Positions 46,895 through 57,281 of a stretch of DNA of 64,000 nucleotides are shown piece by piece. This DNA comes from a virus. Taxonomy: Duplodnaviria; Heunggongvirae; Uroviricota; Caudoviricetes. The notes under the pieces are model-generated. The model made no database searches. It was not told the DNA's origin and saw only the letters and a list, made by a program, of their open reading frames with translations. The position numbers and the translations under genes are program-made. Each line of letters starts with the position of its first letter. Within the stretch, counting starts at the first letter, position 1. The stretch spans positions 72,468 to 136,467 of the IMG/VR virus record IMGVR_UViG_3300026549_002494; one strand, given 5' to 3'.

Positions 46895-47353
46895 ATGGCA
46901 AATAAGAAAAAAACAGATAACACACAGTGGATTAAACTGTGCGAATATATAAAAAAAGAAATCCTTGAATATGACGATAATATGAAGTTCCCTCAGTATC
47001 TTGCTTTGAGATTACAAGGCATAAAACGAGGAGAATATATTGCGAATAATACACATGCAGTTAATGCACATTATGACGACTATACAATTCTCTGCACATT
47101 TAAACTTTGCAAACAAAGGATTGTGACTTATTTACATAATAATGAGCAAAAAATAAAAGATGAGCGTCATAAAATTAATCTCATTATGAAAATAGTCGAA
47201 CCAGAGATCAATGATGTGTATTTGAGATTGCAAAGAGTTAAGAAATCTCAAACAAAATCAGAAAAAATAATGTGCGATAATCAACGTAATAAAGGTGCGA
47301 AGTATACAAAAAAGACTAAAGAAATAAACGACAGAATGAAAAAACTTTTCTGA
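46895..47353 (+). CDS. hypothetical basic protein
   Basis: 152-aa ORF. Confidence 0.35.
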   Translation: MANKKKTDNTQWIKLCEYIKKEILEYDDNMKFPQYLALRLQGIKRGEYIANNTHAVNAHYDDYTILCTFKLCKQRIVTYLHNNEQKIKDERHKINLIMKIVEPEINDVYLRLQRVKKSQTKSEKIMCDNQRNKGAKYTKKTKEINDRMKKLF

Positions 47354-47366
47354 GAAGGAGGTATAA

Positions 47367-48872
47367 TTGGCTATAACAAAAAAAGAAAATAAAAAATTAA
47401 CACCTTATCAAGAAGAAGTTTTAAAAACGGCGAAGCAAATTAAAGAATATAAAGTCATGGCGGAAGCTAATATTGTTTCGATTTTATATAAAAAACCTGA
47501 ATTGTTTTTCGATTACACATTACAGCTTGAAGATTTTAGCGAGAATACTTGGAGAGTTTATTGGCAAATTGCCTACGATATCATTATGGTCGAGAAAAAA
47601 TCGGTCTTAGATGATATGACTGTTGGCTTATACCTTGAAAAACATCCAAAGCTAAAGAAAGAATATGATGGTTATGGCGGATACGAAACCATTGACAAAG
47701 CAAAAGAATATGTTAATACAAGTAATATTGATGGTTACATCAAAGAATTATATAAATGGAAAACCGTCTTAATAATGTTAAAAAACGGTTTTCCAATACA
47801 TGAGCGCATTAGTGATTTTTGTGATATGTCTTTAGATGAAATTTATGAGGAATATGAGGCGATGATAAATCATATTTTTGTAAACGCTGCTAAAGATGTT
47901 GTGTCATATAATGCCTGTGAAGGTATTAATGAGTTCATAGACGAATGCAACGAGGGAAAAAATATAGGCTTACCGCTAAATAACTGTGAAATCCTTAATA
48001 AAGAGATTGCCGGATTTAACTGTAATGGTAACATCTATGGTTTAGGAGCAAACTCAGGAGTAGGTAAGAGTACCACAGTTATGAATTATATCATTCCTAC
48101 AATACTTCATTATGATGAAAAAGTCGTATTTTTTATAAATGAAGAAGATCAGACCAAGGTACAAAGAGAACTTGTTGTGTGGGTAGCAAATAATATTTTC
48201 AAATTTGACTTACCTAAATATAAATTGCGTGATGGTGGTTTTGATGAGGAAACGATGACTCAACTACGAAAAACAGCTGAATGGATTGAAGAAAAGAAAG
48301 AAAAGCAGAATATAATCATAGTTCCGCTTGAAAGATATTCGGTTAATACGGTTATAAAACTTATCAAAAAATATGCAAGCCTTGGTGTAAGATATTTTGT
48401 TTTAGATACTTTAAAAGAAAGTTGTGATTCTACAACCGATGAAGTATATAAATCTATGACAAGAGATATGGTTAAACTGTATGATATTGTTAAGCCAACT
48501 GCCAAAAACGTAGGATTGTTTGTTACATATCAGCTTGGGAAAGCAAGTATCAAAATGAGATACCTTACTAATAACGAAATAGGTATGGGTAAGAGCATTG
48601 TAGACGTTATGAGTGTAAATCTTATGATACGCAGACCTTTTGAGGATGAATTTGAGGGCGGTAGACACGAGATTGTAGGTTATAGATTCGACGGTATGAA
48701 CGGCAAGAGCAAAATACCTTTTAAATTAAAACCGGACAAACATTATATGATTACTTTTATTCCCAAAAATCGTTTTGGTCAAACTGATGCATTTCAAATT
48801 ATTAGCGAATTTGATTTTTCTACTAATACAAATAAGGACATTGGCATCTGTAATATAGTTCAAGATTGGTAA
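47367..48872 (+). CDS. DnaB-like replicative DNA helicase
   Basis: Walker A GLGANSGVGKSTTVMNYI. Walker B VVFFINEEDQ. Size and position next to the primase. Confidence 0.7.
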   Translation: MAITKKENKKLTPYQEEVLKTAKQIKEYKVMAEANIVSILYKKPELFFDYTLQLEDFSENTWRVYWQIAYDIIMVEKKSVLDDMTVGLYLEKHPKLKKEYDGYGGYETIDKAKEYVNTSNIDGYIKELYKWKTVLIMLKNGFPIHERISDFCDMSLDEIYEEYEAMINHIFVNAAKDVVSYNACEGINEFIDECNEGKNIGLPLNNCEILNKEIAGFNCNGNIYGLGANSGVGKSTTVMNYIIPTILHYDEKVVFFINEEDQTKVQRELVVWVANNIFKFDLPKYKLRDGGFDEETMTQLRKTAEWIEEKKEKQNIIIVPLERYSVNTVIKLIKKYASLGVRYFVLDTLKESCDSTTDEVYKSMTRDMVKLYDIVKPTAKNVGLFVTYQLGKASIKMRYLTNNEIGMGKSIVDVMSVNLMIRRPFEDEFEGGRHEIVGYRFDGMNGKSKIPFKLKPDKHYMITFIPKNRFGQTDAFQIISEFDFSTNTNKDIGICNIVQDW

Positions 48873-48879
48873 AAGAAGG

Positions 48880-49968
48880 GTGGCGAGCGGTATAAACGCA
48901 AATGAGTTAAAGGAATATATCATAGAAAATAACTGTGTGGAACAGATACTTATTTCATTAGAATGTCATGATATAAAAAGTTATTCTGCTGAATGGCGAG
49001 CCGCTTTGCCGCAAGGCACTAATAAAACGGCAATTTGTATAAAAAAAGATACATTGTCTGTAGCAATTAGAAGCTCCGAGATAAATGAACACGGAGATAT
49101 TTACACGCTGGTTATGTCCATCAAAAATATATCGTTTGGAAAAGCGGTTAAATATCTCCACGAAATTCTTGGCTTGAAATATTCTTATCAAAAAAATAAT
49201 GACAAAGATAATAAAAAAGACCCTTTGGCAATTTTCAAAAAAGTAAAAAGACAGAGATATATTATAGATAAAGACATTCCGATTTATGATAACAGTTGCA
49301 TAAAAGAATATGTTCCGCTCCCTTATATAGATTGGGTTCGAGAGGGTATAATGCCGGGCGTATGTAAAAAATTCAATATTGGATATTCGTTTGATCATAA
49401 GAGGATTGTAATCCCGGAAAGAAAGTGGGATGGAGATGGTGATGAGTACATTGGTGTGTCGGGTAGAACTACAGTTCCTAATTATGAGATGTTTGACATT
49501 CCGAAGTATGTAAAGATGTCAAAAACGTATCCAAAGGGTTTAAACGTCTATGGATTGAATGAAAACTATAAATCCATTCAAAAAGCTGGATTTGTGGTTG
49601 TAGCAGAGAGCCAAAAGTCAGTGCTGAAGCGGGTTTCAAGAGCCGACGAAACTATGGTTTCATTGGGTTCTTGTGAATTGACGGAAGAACAGGTAAAAAT
49701 ATTAATTGGCCTAAATGTTGAGATAGTTATCGCATTAGACGAAGGAATAAGCTTAAATCATATCCGAAAGGAATGCGATAAGTTCTATCCTATACGAAAG
49801 ATAAGTTATATATATGACAAGTGGGATTTAATACCAAAAGGAAGTAAAAATAGTCCTGCTGATATGCCTAACAAGGTTTATAATTTTTTACTTAAACATC
49901 GTATTCCGTATGATGAAGCTGAACACAGGAGGTATAAAGAATGGCAAGAAAAACAAAAGAGGAGCTAA
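48880..49968 (+). CDS. DnaG-like DNA primase (TOPRIM)
   Basis: TOPRIM-like VVVAESQKSVLK (Glu) and IALDEG (DxD). GTG start after AAGAAGGG. Confidence 0.55.
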   Translation: MASGINANELKEYIIENNCVEQILISLECHDIKSYSAEWRAALPQGTNKTAICIKKDTLSVAIRSSEINEHGDIYTLVMSIKNISFGKAVKYLHEILGLKYSYQKNNDKDNKKDPLAIFKKVKRQRYIIDKDIPIYDNSCIKEYVPLPYIDWVREGIMPGVCKKFNIGYSFDHKRIVIPERKWDGDGDEYIGVSGRTTVPNYEMFDIPKYVKMSKTYPKGLNVYGLNENYKSIQKAGFVVVAESQKSVLKRVSRADETMVSLGSCELTEEQVKILIGLNVEIVIALDEGISLNHIRKECDKFYPIRKISYIYDKWDLIPKGSKNSPADMPNKVYNFLLKHRIPYDEAEHRRYKEWQEKQKRS

Positions 49969-51122
49969 CAAAACTCTGCAAAAAACTTAATACTAACACA
50001 TTATGGTCTTGGAGCAGATATCATTGTTATAAACAAGACCGTTGGGAATATTTTTTAAAATATATTCTTCATCAAAAAGAAGACAGAGCAAACAGTATTT
50101 ATTGTGTTTCTGGTGGCAATGTTCATAATATTATTGAAAAACTATATACCAATCAGATTAAATATGAAGATATGTCGGAGTTATATGAAGATAGTTTATT
50201 TACAATGAACTGTGCAGAACTAAAATATAACAGAAGCGACTCTGAAAAGAATGATGCTATTGCAAATAAATATGAAAATTGTATTCGACACTTCTTTAAA
50301 AATCATAATCTTATTACTTTCCCACATAAAGTTGAACACTTTATAACAATTCAAATTTCCGATAATATTCATATGCAAGGATATATAGATATGCTTTACG
50401 TTGAGCCGTATACTGATGAAAACGGAAATGAAAGAAAACGCATACATATAGTGGACTGGAAAACATCTACAAGATATCAAGGAGAAAAGATAATCAAAGA
50501 AGGCGGACAGCTTATGATATATGCTGAGGGTATAAGGCAAGCTTTAAATATTCCGTTAGAAGATATTATTTGTGAATGGAATTTCTTAAAATATGTTACC
50601 GTTTTGGTTGAACAGAAGAATGGTAAGATAAAAGAAAGATACATTGAACGTAATGCTGTTGGTGAAAGTTTGGTAAACACAGCTAAGATGTGGTTAAAAT
50701 CATTTGGTTATGACGAGGATAATATTAATAAATTTGTTGAAAAGATGATTTTTGAAAATAGTATTGAATGTTTACCGGATAAAGTAAGAGCTAAGTTTGT
50801 TATTAAAGATTGTTATATTCAAGTTCCCTTAACGGAGGAGGAAATACAAAATTTAAAAGACGACATCGTTAATGTTGTTAATGAAATTACTGACAAAGAA
50901 AGAGAATATAAAGATAGCGGTGATGAAGAAGTTTTCTGGCAAGAGGTAACTCAGGCGGATGAATTTAGATTATTTAATTTGTCGGGATATTCAAGGAAGT
51001 TGCATAAACCGCTGGATGAGTATCTTAAAAATAAAGAATTGTTTTTAAATCAAGAAAATGATGACAGCAGTGTAATATCATCAGAGGAAGATGATTTATT
51101 GGCATTTGTAAACAGTTTATAG
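49941..51122 (+). CDS. PD-(D/E)XK family nuclease (RecB/Cas4-like exonuclease fold)
   Basis: YIDMLY ... HIVDWKTS (D...D-x-K pattern). Confidence 0.5.
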   Translation: MARKTKEELTKLCKKLNTNTLWSWSRYHCYKQDRWEYFLKYILHQKEDRANSIYCVSGGNVHNIIEKLYTNQIKYEDMSELYEDSLFTMNCAELKYNRSDSEKNDAIANKYENCIRHFFKNHNLITFPHKVEHFITIQISDNIHMQGYIDMLYVEPYTDENGNERKRIHIVDWKTSTRYQGEKIIKEGGQLMIYAEGIRQALNIPLEDIICEWNFLKYVTVLVEQKNGKIKERYIERNAVGESLVNTAKMWLKSFGYDEDNINKFVEKMIFENSIECLPDKVRAKFVIKDCYIQVPLTEEEIQNLKDDIVNVVNEITDKEREYKDSGDEEVFWQEVTQADEFRLFNLSGYSRKLHKPLDEYLKNKELFLNQENDDSSVISSEEDDLLAFVNSL

Positions 51123-51124
51123 GA

Positions 51125-54100
51125 GTGAGAGAGATAAAAAGATACGAGAATTATCATAAACACTGTCATGAGTCTAATATTATGACCTTAGATTGTGTAG
51201 TGAAAAATACTGATTATATAAAAAGAAGCCTTGAATTAGGCTGTAAAAATTATTTTACTACACAGCATGGATGGGCAGGAAAATTTCTTGAAGCATATGG
51301 TTTATGTGAAGAAAATGGTTTAAAAATGATATATGGGGCAGAATTGTATATGGTTAAAGATAGATTTATTAAAGATAATTCTAATTACCATATTGTGATT
51401 GTTGCAAAAAATCAAGACGGTTTTTATGAATTGAATGAAATTATGGCTGAGAGCAATCGAACCGGTTATTATTATAAACCAAGAATTGATATAGAATTAA
51501 TCAAACGGCTTAATCCAAATAATTTCTATGTTACAAGCGCTTGTATTGGCGGAATTTTACGAGAGGGCAGTGACAAAAAAATTCTATTTGAGACTATATA
51601 TAACCATTTCAAAAATAATTTCTATCTTGAAGTTCAAAATCATCCTTTTGATATTCAGAAAAGACATAATCAGAATATGATTGATTTATCTCAAAAGTAT
51701 AGTATCCCTTTAATACACGCCAACGATAGTCACTATATTTATCCGGAACAAGCAAAAGACAGAACAAAATTTCTTAAAGGAAAGGGTATGAATTACGGTG
51801 ATGAAGATAGTTTTGTATTAGATTTTCCTGATTATGACACTGTTGTGGATAGATATAAAGTTCAGTCAATTCTTAACGAACAGCAAATCAAAGAGGCCTT
51901 AGATAGTACATTGATTTTTGATAATTGTGAAGAGTTATATTTTGATAAAGAAATAAAAATGCCTACAATTTATCCCGGCTACAGTCAAGAAGAAAAAAAT
52001 AAAATATTATCTAAACATTTGGTGAAAAAATGGAATGTTGAAAAACATAATATTGATAAATCAAGATGGAAAGAATACGAACAAGGTATTGCATATGAGT
52101 ATAAAATTGTTAAAGATACAAATATGGCTGATTACTTCTTATTTAATGAGAAAATGGTTGATTTAGCAAAAAATAAATACGGCGGTGTTTTATCAAGAAC
52201 CGGAAGAGGCTCTGCGGTTTCTTTCTATATAAATAAGTTACTTGGTTTTACTGAAATTGATAGATTTGAAGCTCCTGTGCCTTTATATCCTACAAGATTT
52301 ATGAGTGTAGCCAGAATTTTAGAGACGAGATCGCTACCTGATATAGATCAGAATTGGTCTGATGTGTCAGCGCCTATTGCTGCATCTAAGGAATTGCTGG
52401 GTGAAGATGGAATTTATTATATGTATGCACTTGGTACGATGAAAGAATCATCTGCATTTAGAAATCTTTGTCGTGCGTATGAAATTCCTATGGATGAATA
52501 TAATGAAGTCGGAAAAAATATCGAAGCATTTAGAACTGATAAAAAGTGGAAACCTATTATTGATGAAGCTCAAAAATATATTGGAACTATTGAGAGTATT
52601 TCACCCTCTCCCTGTAGTTTTGTATTATCAAATAAGTCTTTATCAAAAGAATTAAGTTTAATAAAAATAGGTGATCAGTTGTGTGCTTGCATAGATGGAT
52701 ATACGTCTGATGTTTGGAAATATCTTAAAAATGATTACTTAACAGTGGTAGTTTGGAAAATATTATCTGATTTTTATAAAGAAATCGGCGAACCAATACC
52801 CAATATAAGAGAACTTTTAGTTCGTTTGGATGATAAAGTTTGGCAAATATATGAAGACGGTATGACGGCGACACTGAATCAAGCGGATACTGATATATCC
52901 ACATCAATGCTAAAACGTTATAAACCAAAAACAGATGCTGAAATGAGCGCATTTGTAGCGGCGATTCGCCCGGGTTTTGCAAGTTTAGTAAATACTTTTC
53001 TCGATAGAGAATCATATAGTACCGGTGTTGATGAAATAGATAATCTGCTTTCAGCAAGTTATCATTTTATGCTTTATCAAGAATCAATAATGGCATTTCT
53101 GGTTTGGTGTGGAATGAAAGAAGACCATACATATGATATTATTAAAAAAATCAGTAAGAAAAAATTTACCCCTGAAGCAAAAGAAAATTTGAGAATAGAA
53201 CTTTTAGAGGGATATAAAAAGAATTTAGGAACCGAGAAAGGATTTAATGAAATATGGCAAGTTGTAGACGATGCAGCTCGGTATTCATTTAATGCTTCGC
53301 ATGCGTGTAGTGTAGCTTATGATAGTATTTATGGAGCAGAAGCAAAAGCGCATCATCCATTAGAATATTTTACAACAGTACTAAACATATATCAGTCAGA
53401 TAATGAAAAAACAAGTCGTATAATTTCTGAATTAAATTATTTTGGAATTCATATAGAAGACATTAAATTTGGAAAGTCAAAGAGTAAATATACATATGAT
53501 AAAGACACCAATACAATTTATAAAGCGGTTTCTTCTATTAAATATTGCAATAAACAAATTGCGGACGAGCTTTATCAATTGGGACAAAATAAGTATGATA
53601 ACTTTATTCAGTTGCTTTCTGATATTAAAGAAAAAACTTCTGTTAATTCTAAACAATTAAAAATCTTAATCATTTTAGGATTTTTCTCGGATTTCGGTAA
53701 TAACAAATATCTACTGGACATTTATGATCTTTATGATAAATATGGAAAATGTAAAATTATAAAAAAGACAAAAATATTAGAATATGGGCTTTCAGAAAAT
53801 ATTATTAAAGAATATTCAGGTAAAGAAACTAAAATGCAATATGGAGATATTAACAATATAGGTCTTATCTCTGCTTTATCACAAAACGTGGATAATAAAT
53901 CATTATCAATAAAGGAACAAATAAAATCGGAAATGGAATATTTGGAATATATCACATACCAAAATCCTAAGGCTCCCGATGATATGTATTATGTTGTTGA
54001 ATGCAAATTTTACAAAGACAAATCCAAACCGTATTTATATCTCTATAATTTAAAAACAGGCGAGTATTTAAAAACAAAAATCACTGCGGGGAAAGCATTT

Positions 54101-54238
54101 ATAGAATCCCCATTTAAAGAGGGTAATGTTATCCATGTTAAAGAATTTAGTGAACGCAATAAAATGAAAAAGGTGGGTGGAGATTGGGTTCGCACAGACG
54201 AAAAAGAGAGAATAGTTAAGAAGTGGGACGTATATTAA
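51125..54238 (+). CDS. dnaE: DNA polymerase III alpha subunit (DnaE-like, PHP domain)
   Basis: N-terminal PHP YENYHKHCHESN. 1037 aa. GTG start. Confidence 0.8.
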   Translation: MREIKRYENYHKHCHESNIMTLDCVVKNTDYIKRSLELGCKNYFTTQHGWAGKFLEAYGLCEENGLKMIYGAELYMVKDRFIKDNSNYHIVIVAKNQDGFYELNEIMAESNRTGYYYKPRIDIELIKRLNPNNFYVTSACIGGILREGSDKKILFETIYNHFKNNFYLEVQNHPFDIQKRHNQNMIDLSQKYSIPLIHANDSHYIYPEQAKDRTKFLKGKGMNYGDEDSFVLDFPDYDTVVDRYKVQSILNEQQIKEALDSTLIFDNCEELYFDKEIKMPTIYPGYSQEEKNKILSKHLVKKWNVEKHNIDKSRWKEYEQGIAYEYKIVKDTNMADYFLFNEKMVDLAKNKYGGVLSRTGRGSAVSFYINKLLGFTEIDRFEAPVPLYPTRFMSVARILETRSLPDIDQNWSDVSAPIAASKELLGEDGIYYMYALGTMKESSAFRNLCRAYEIPMDEYNEVGKNIEAFRTDKKWKPIIDEAQKYIGTIESISPSPCSFVLSNKSLSKELSLIKIGDQLCACIDGYTSDVWKYLKNDYLTVVVWKILSDFYKEIGEPIPNIRELLVRLDDKVWQIYEDGMTATLNQADTDISTSMLKRYKPKTDAEMSAFVAAIRPGFASLVNTFLDRESYSTGVDEIDNLLSASYHFMLYQESIMAFLVWCGMKEDHTYDIIKKISKKKFTPEAKENLRIELLEGYKKNLGTEKGFNEIWQVVDDAARYSFNASHACSVAYDSIYGAEAKAHHPLEYFTTVLNIYQSDNEKTSRIISELNYFGIHIEDIKFGKSKSKYTYDKDTNTIYKAVSSIKYCNKQIADELYQLGQNKYDNFIQLLSDIKEKTSVNSKQLKILIILGFFSDFGNNKYLLDIYDLYDKYGKCKIIKKTKILEYGLSENIIKEYSGKETKMQYGDINNIGLISALSQNVDNKSLSIKEQIKSEMEYLEYITYQNPKAPDDMYYVVECKFYKDKSKPYLYLYNLKTGEYLKTKITAGKAFIESPFKEGNVIHVKEFSERNKMKKVGGDWVRTDEKERIVKKWDVY

Positions 54239-54258
54239 AATGAAAGGAGAAATAGTGT

Positions 54259-56517
54259 TTGGAGAAAATTGTTGAATTTCGGTGCGTACCGGAAAGACAA
54301 GTTTACAATTCACAAGATTTCAAGATATATGGGTGCTCAATTAATAGTTTTGAGTACCCCGACATTCAGATTAATAAATATAATACTGTAACCATTAAAG
54401 GCAATATTTCTGAACTTAATCTTGGTGTTGAGTATATAGTCAAGGCGAAAGAAGTATCGGATAACTATGGTATAGGTTATGAGGTTATATATATTAAAAG
54501 AGAAAAACCTACGAGTTTGGCATCAGCAAGAACATTTTTATATGAAATTCTGACTGAAAAACAGACTGATGCACTATTGTCTGTCTACCCGGATATTGTA
54601 GATAGAATAATTAATAATCGACTGGACGACGTTGATTTATCAAAGGTTAAAGGTGTTAAAGAGTATACGTTTGGTATTATTAAAAATAAGGTCATAGAAA
54701 ATTTTAAGTTAGCTGAAATAGTTGAAGAATTTAGAGGATTATTCAATCTTTCAACCGTTAAAAAACTATATGATAAATATACATCAGTAGATAAAATCAA
54801 AGAAGTCATTAGAGAAGAACCGTATCAATGTTTATGTAGATTAGGTGGCATTGGGTTTAAAACCGCCGATTCATTACTTCTTACACTTGATGAAGACGCA
54901 AAGGCATGTCAAAAAACAGGTGAAAAACCAGTATTATTTTTTGGATTTGATCTTGTTACGTCATATCAGCGTGCTAAGGCTTGTGTGGATTATTTGTTGA
55001 CAGAGAATGAAAACAACGGCAATACATATATGAATGTTGGTGATTTGAAAAAACAGTTTGATGTATTAGTCCCGGAAGCAAAGGATAATTTGCCGCTTAT
55101 TCTAAAAGGTGAAAATGATGTAATTTTTAATCGTGATCTATTAAGCGTATGTAAAAAGAATACATATGAAACAGAAAAATATGTAGCAGAAAAAATCAAA
55201 GAAGGCTTAAATATACATACAAAATGGAACTGTGATTGTTCAAAGTTTCAAGAACTTCAAGGTTTTAAATTGACAGATGAACAATGTAAAACATCACAAT
55301 ATATGTGTGAAAATAATATTGTATTGCTTGTAGGTTATGCAGGTTCCGGCAAATCATCATCAACACAGGCTTTTACAGATATGCTCGAGTATTATAATAA
55401 GAAATTTTTACTTCTTTCTCCAACAGGTAAGGCAGCAAAAGTCTTATCGGGTTTTACGGGAAAAGATGCTATGACGATACATAGAGGTTTAGCACACATA
55501 CCGCCTAATTATTGGGGTTATAATGAAACTTGCAAACTTCCTTATGATGTTGTAATTGTAGATGAGTTTTCAATGGTAGACATTTTTTTGTTTCGGCATT
55601 TACTCGAGGCTATAGATTTTTCAAAAACCAAATTGCTATTAATCGGTGATGATGCTCAGATACCATCTGTAGGCGCAGGTAATATACTGTATGACTTGTT
55701 AAAAAGTAAAAGCATCCCTACTATAACACTTAACAAAGTATTTCGTTATGGAACAGGCGGATTATCAACTGTTGCAACCGATACTCGCACAGGCACAGAA
55801 TATTTGGATAAATCTAATTCGGGTATGCAAGCTTTCGGTGATGACCAGTCGTATATTTTTATGCCTATGACACAGGATAAAATAGTTGATTATACAGTAA
55901 AATTATATCAGACTTTATTGAATAAAGGATATTCATTTGAAGATATCGCCGTTCTTTCATGCTATAACGTTGGAGATTACGGGACGACAACGCTTAACAA
56001 AAAAATACAAGCGGCGGTTAATAACAAGCCTGAAGCGAAAATTGCATTTGGGGATAGTGAATTTAGATTGGATGATATTGTTATAAATTGTGTCAATGAT
56101 TACAAAGCCGAGGTTTACAATGCCAGCCTTACCGAGGGAGATATAACTACTTTTATTGCAAATGGCGAGACTGGTCGAGTAGTAAAAATTATGAGAGACG
56201 CTATGGTGGTAGATTATGACGGTACGTTGATTTATACGCCCAAAGGGTCAATGCAAAATATTAAACTGGCTTATGCCATAAGTATACATAAATCGCAAGG
56301 GTCGCAGCAGAAGATTGTTATATTAGTTACGCCTAAAGCTCATTGTTATATGCTTAATTCCAATTTATTATATGTTGGAGAAAGCCGAGCAAAAGAAAAA
56401 TGTTATCATTTGGGTGAGGTTAGAACTGTTAATATAGCTTTAAAGAAGAAAGAAAATTTCAATAGAAAAACATTGTTGCAAATATTTTTGGATAACAAAG
56501 GAGAACTAAATGGATAA
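54259..56517 (+). CDS. RecD-like (RecD2/SF1) ATP-dependent DNA helicase
   Basis: Walker A VGYAGSGKSSST. Walker B VVIVDEFSMVD. HhH GGIGFKTADSLL. C-terminal AISIHKSQGSQ. Confidence 0.7.
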   Translation: MEKIVEFRCVPERQVYNSQDFKIYGCSINSFEYPDIQINKYNTVTIKGNISELNLGVEYIVKAKEVSDNYGIGYEVIYIKREKPTSLASARTFLYEILTEKQTDALLSVYPDIVDRIINNRLDDVDLSKVKGVKEYTFGIIKNKVIENFKLAEIVEEFRGLFNLSTVKKLYDKYTSVDKIKEVIREEPYQCLCRLGGIGFKTADSLLLTLDEDAKACQKTGEKPVLFFGFDLVTSYQRAKACVDYLLTENENNGNTYMNVGDLKKQFDVLVPEAKDNLPLILKGENDVIFNRDLLSVCKKNTYETEKYVAEKIKEGLNIHTKWNCDCSKFQELQGFKLTDEQCKTSQYMCENNIVLLVGYAGSGKSSSTQAFTDMLEYYNKKFLLLSPTGKAAKVLSGFTGKDAMTIHRGLAHIPPNYWGYNETCKLPYDVVIVDEFSMVDIFLFRHLLEAIDFSKTKLLLIGDDAQIPSVGAGNILYDLLKSKSIPTITLNKVFRYGTGGLSTVATDTRTGTEYLDKSNSGMQAFGDDQSYIFMPMTQDKIVDYTVKLYQTLLNKGYSFEDIAVLSCYNVGDYGTTTLNKKIQAAVNNKPEAKIAFGDSEFRLDDIVINCVNDYKAEVYNASLTEGDITTFIANGETGRVVKIMRDAMVVDYDGTLIYTPKGSMQNIKLAYAISIHKSQGSQQKIVILVTPKAHCYMLNSNLLYVGESRAKEKCYHLGEVRTVNIALKKKENFNRKTLLQIFLDNKGELNG

Positions 56518-57268
56518 AATTAAAGTTTTTAAAACACTGTTGGATAAATTTGAAACGGACGAAATGAGAAAATATTGTGAAGATATGATAGAACAGATAC
56601 CTAATTACATATTTACAATACCTTCATCAACATCACTCAAATATCATAATAAAACACAGTGTCAGCCGCATGGTCAGATTTTTCATATACTGATGTTTGG
56701 AGAGATAATGAACTATATTCTTGGATTGGAATATATACAGGACAAATATTATAAGCCTCGCCACAGAGATTGTTTGCGTTGTACTGCAATTTTTCACGAC
56801 GCTCTTAAATGTGGATTAGATGGCTCAAAACACACGGTTCACGAACACCCTTTACTTGCAGGAGAATGGGTAAGAAATACTACTGTCGAGCATGATATTC
56901 CGCAAGAAACTAAAGAGTATATTGCACATCTCTGTGAAAGACACAGTGGACAATGGGTAGAAGCCAAAAGAAGTACAACCGTACTTCCTAAACCAGAAAC
57001 AGATGAAGCTTTTTTAGTTCATCTCTGTGATTATCTATCGAGCCGGTCAAATTTGGATATGATTTATTCAGATGAGGTGTATGAAGCTCTGGATGAAATT
57101 AAAACGCCGGAAGTAGAACTTCCTAAGCTGGAAGAATATGTATTGGATTTCGATAAACATAAGGGTAAAAAATTAATTGATGTTGCCAAGTCTAATCCCG
57201 ATTATATTAGCTGGGCGAAAGAGAATATATATAGGGAACCGATTAAGAGCTTGTTAGCTCAGTTGTAA
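56510..57268 (+). CDS. HD-domain phosphohydrolase
   Basis: H...HD pattern (FHILMFGE ... AIFHDALKCG). Confidence 0.55.
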   Translation: MDKIKVFKTLLDKFETDEMRKYCEDMIEQIPNYIFTIPSSTSLKYHNKTQCQPHGQIFHILMFGEIMNYILGLEYIQDKYYKPRHRDCLRCTAIFHDALKCGLDGSKHTVHEHPLLAGEWVRNTTVEHDIPQETKEYIAHLCERHSGQWVEAKRSTTVLPKPETDEAFLVHLCDYLSSRSNLDMIYSDEVYEALDEIKTPEVELPKLEEYVLDFDKHKGKKLIDVAKSNPDYISWAKENIYREPIKSLLAQL

Positions 57269-57281
57269 AGGAGATAAACAT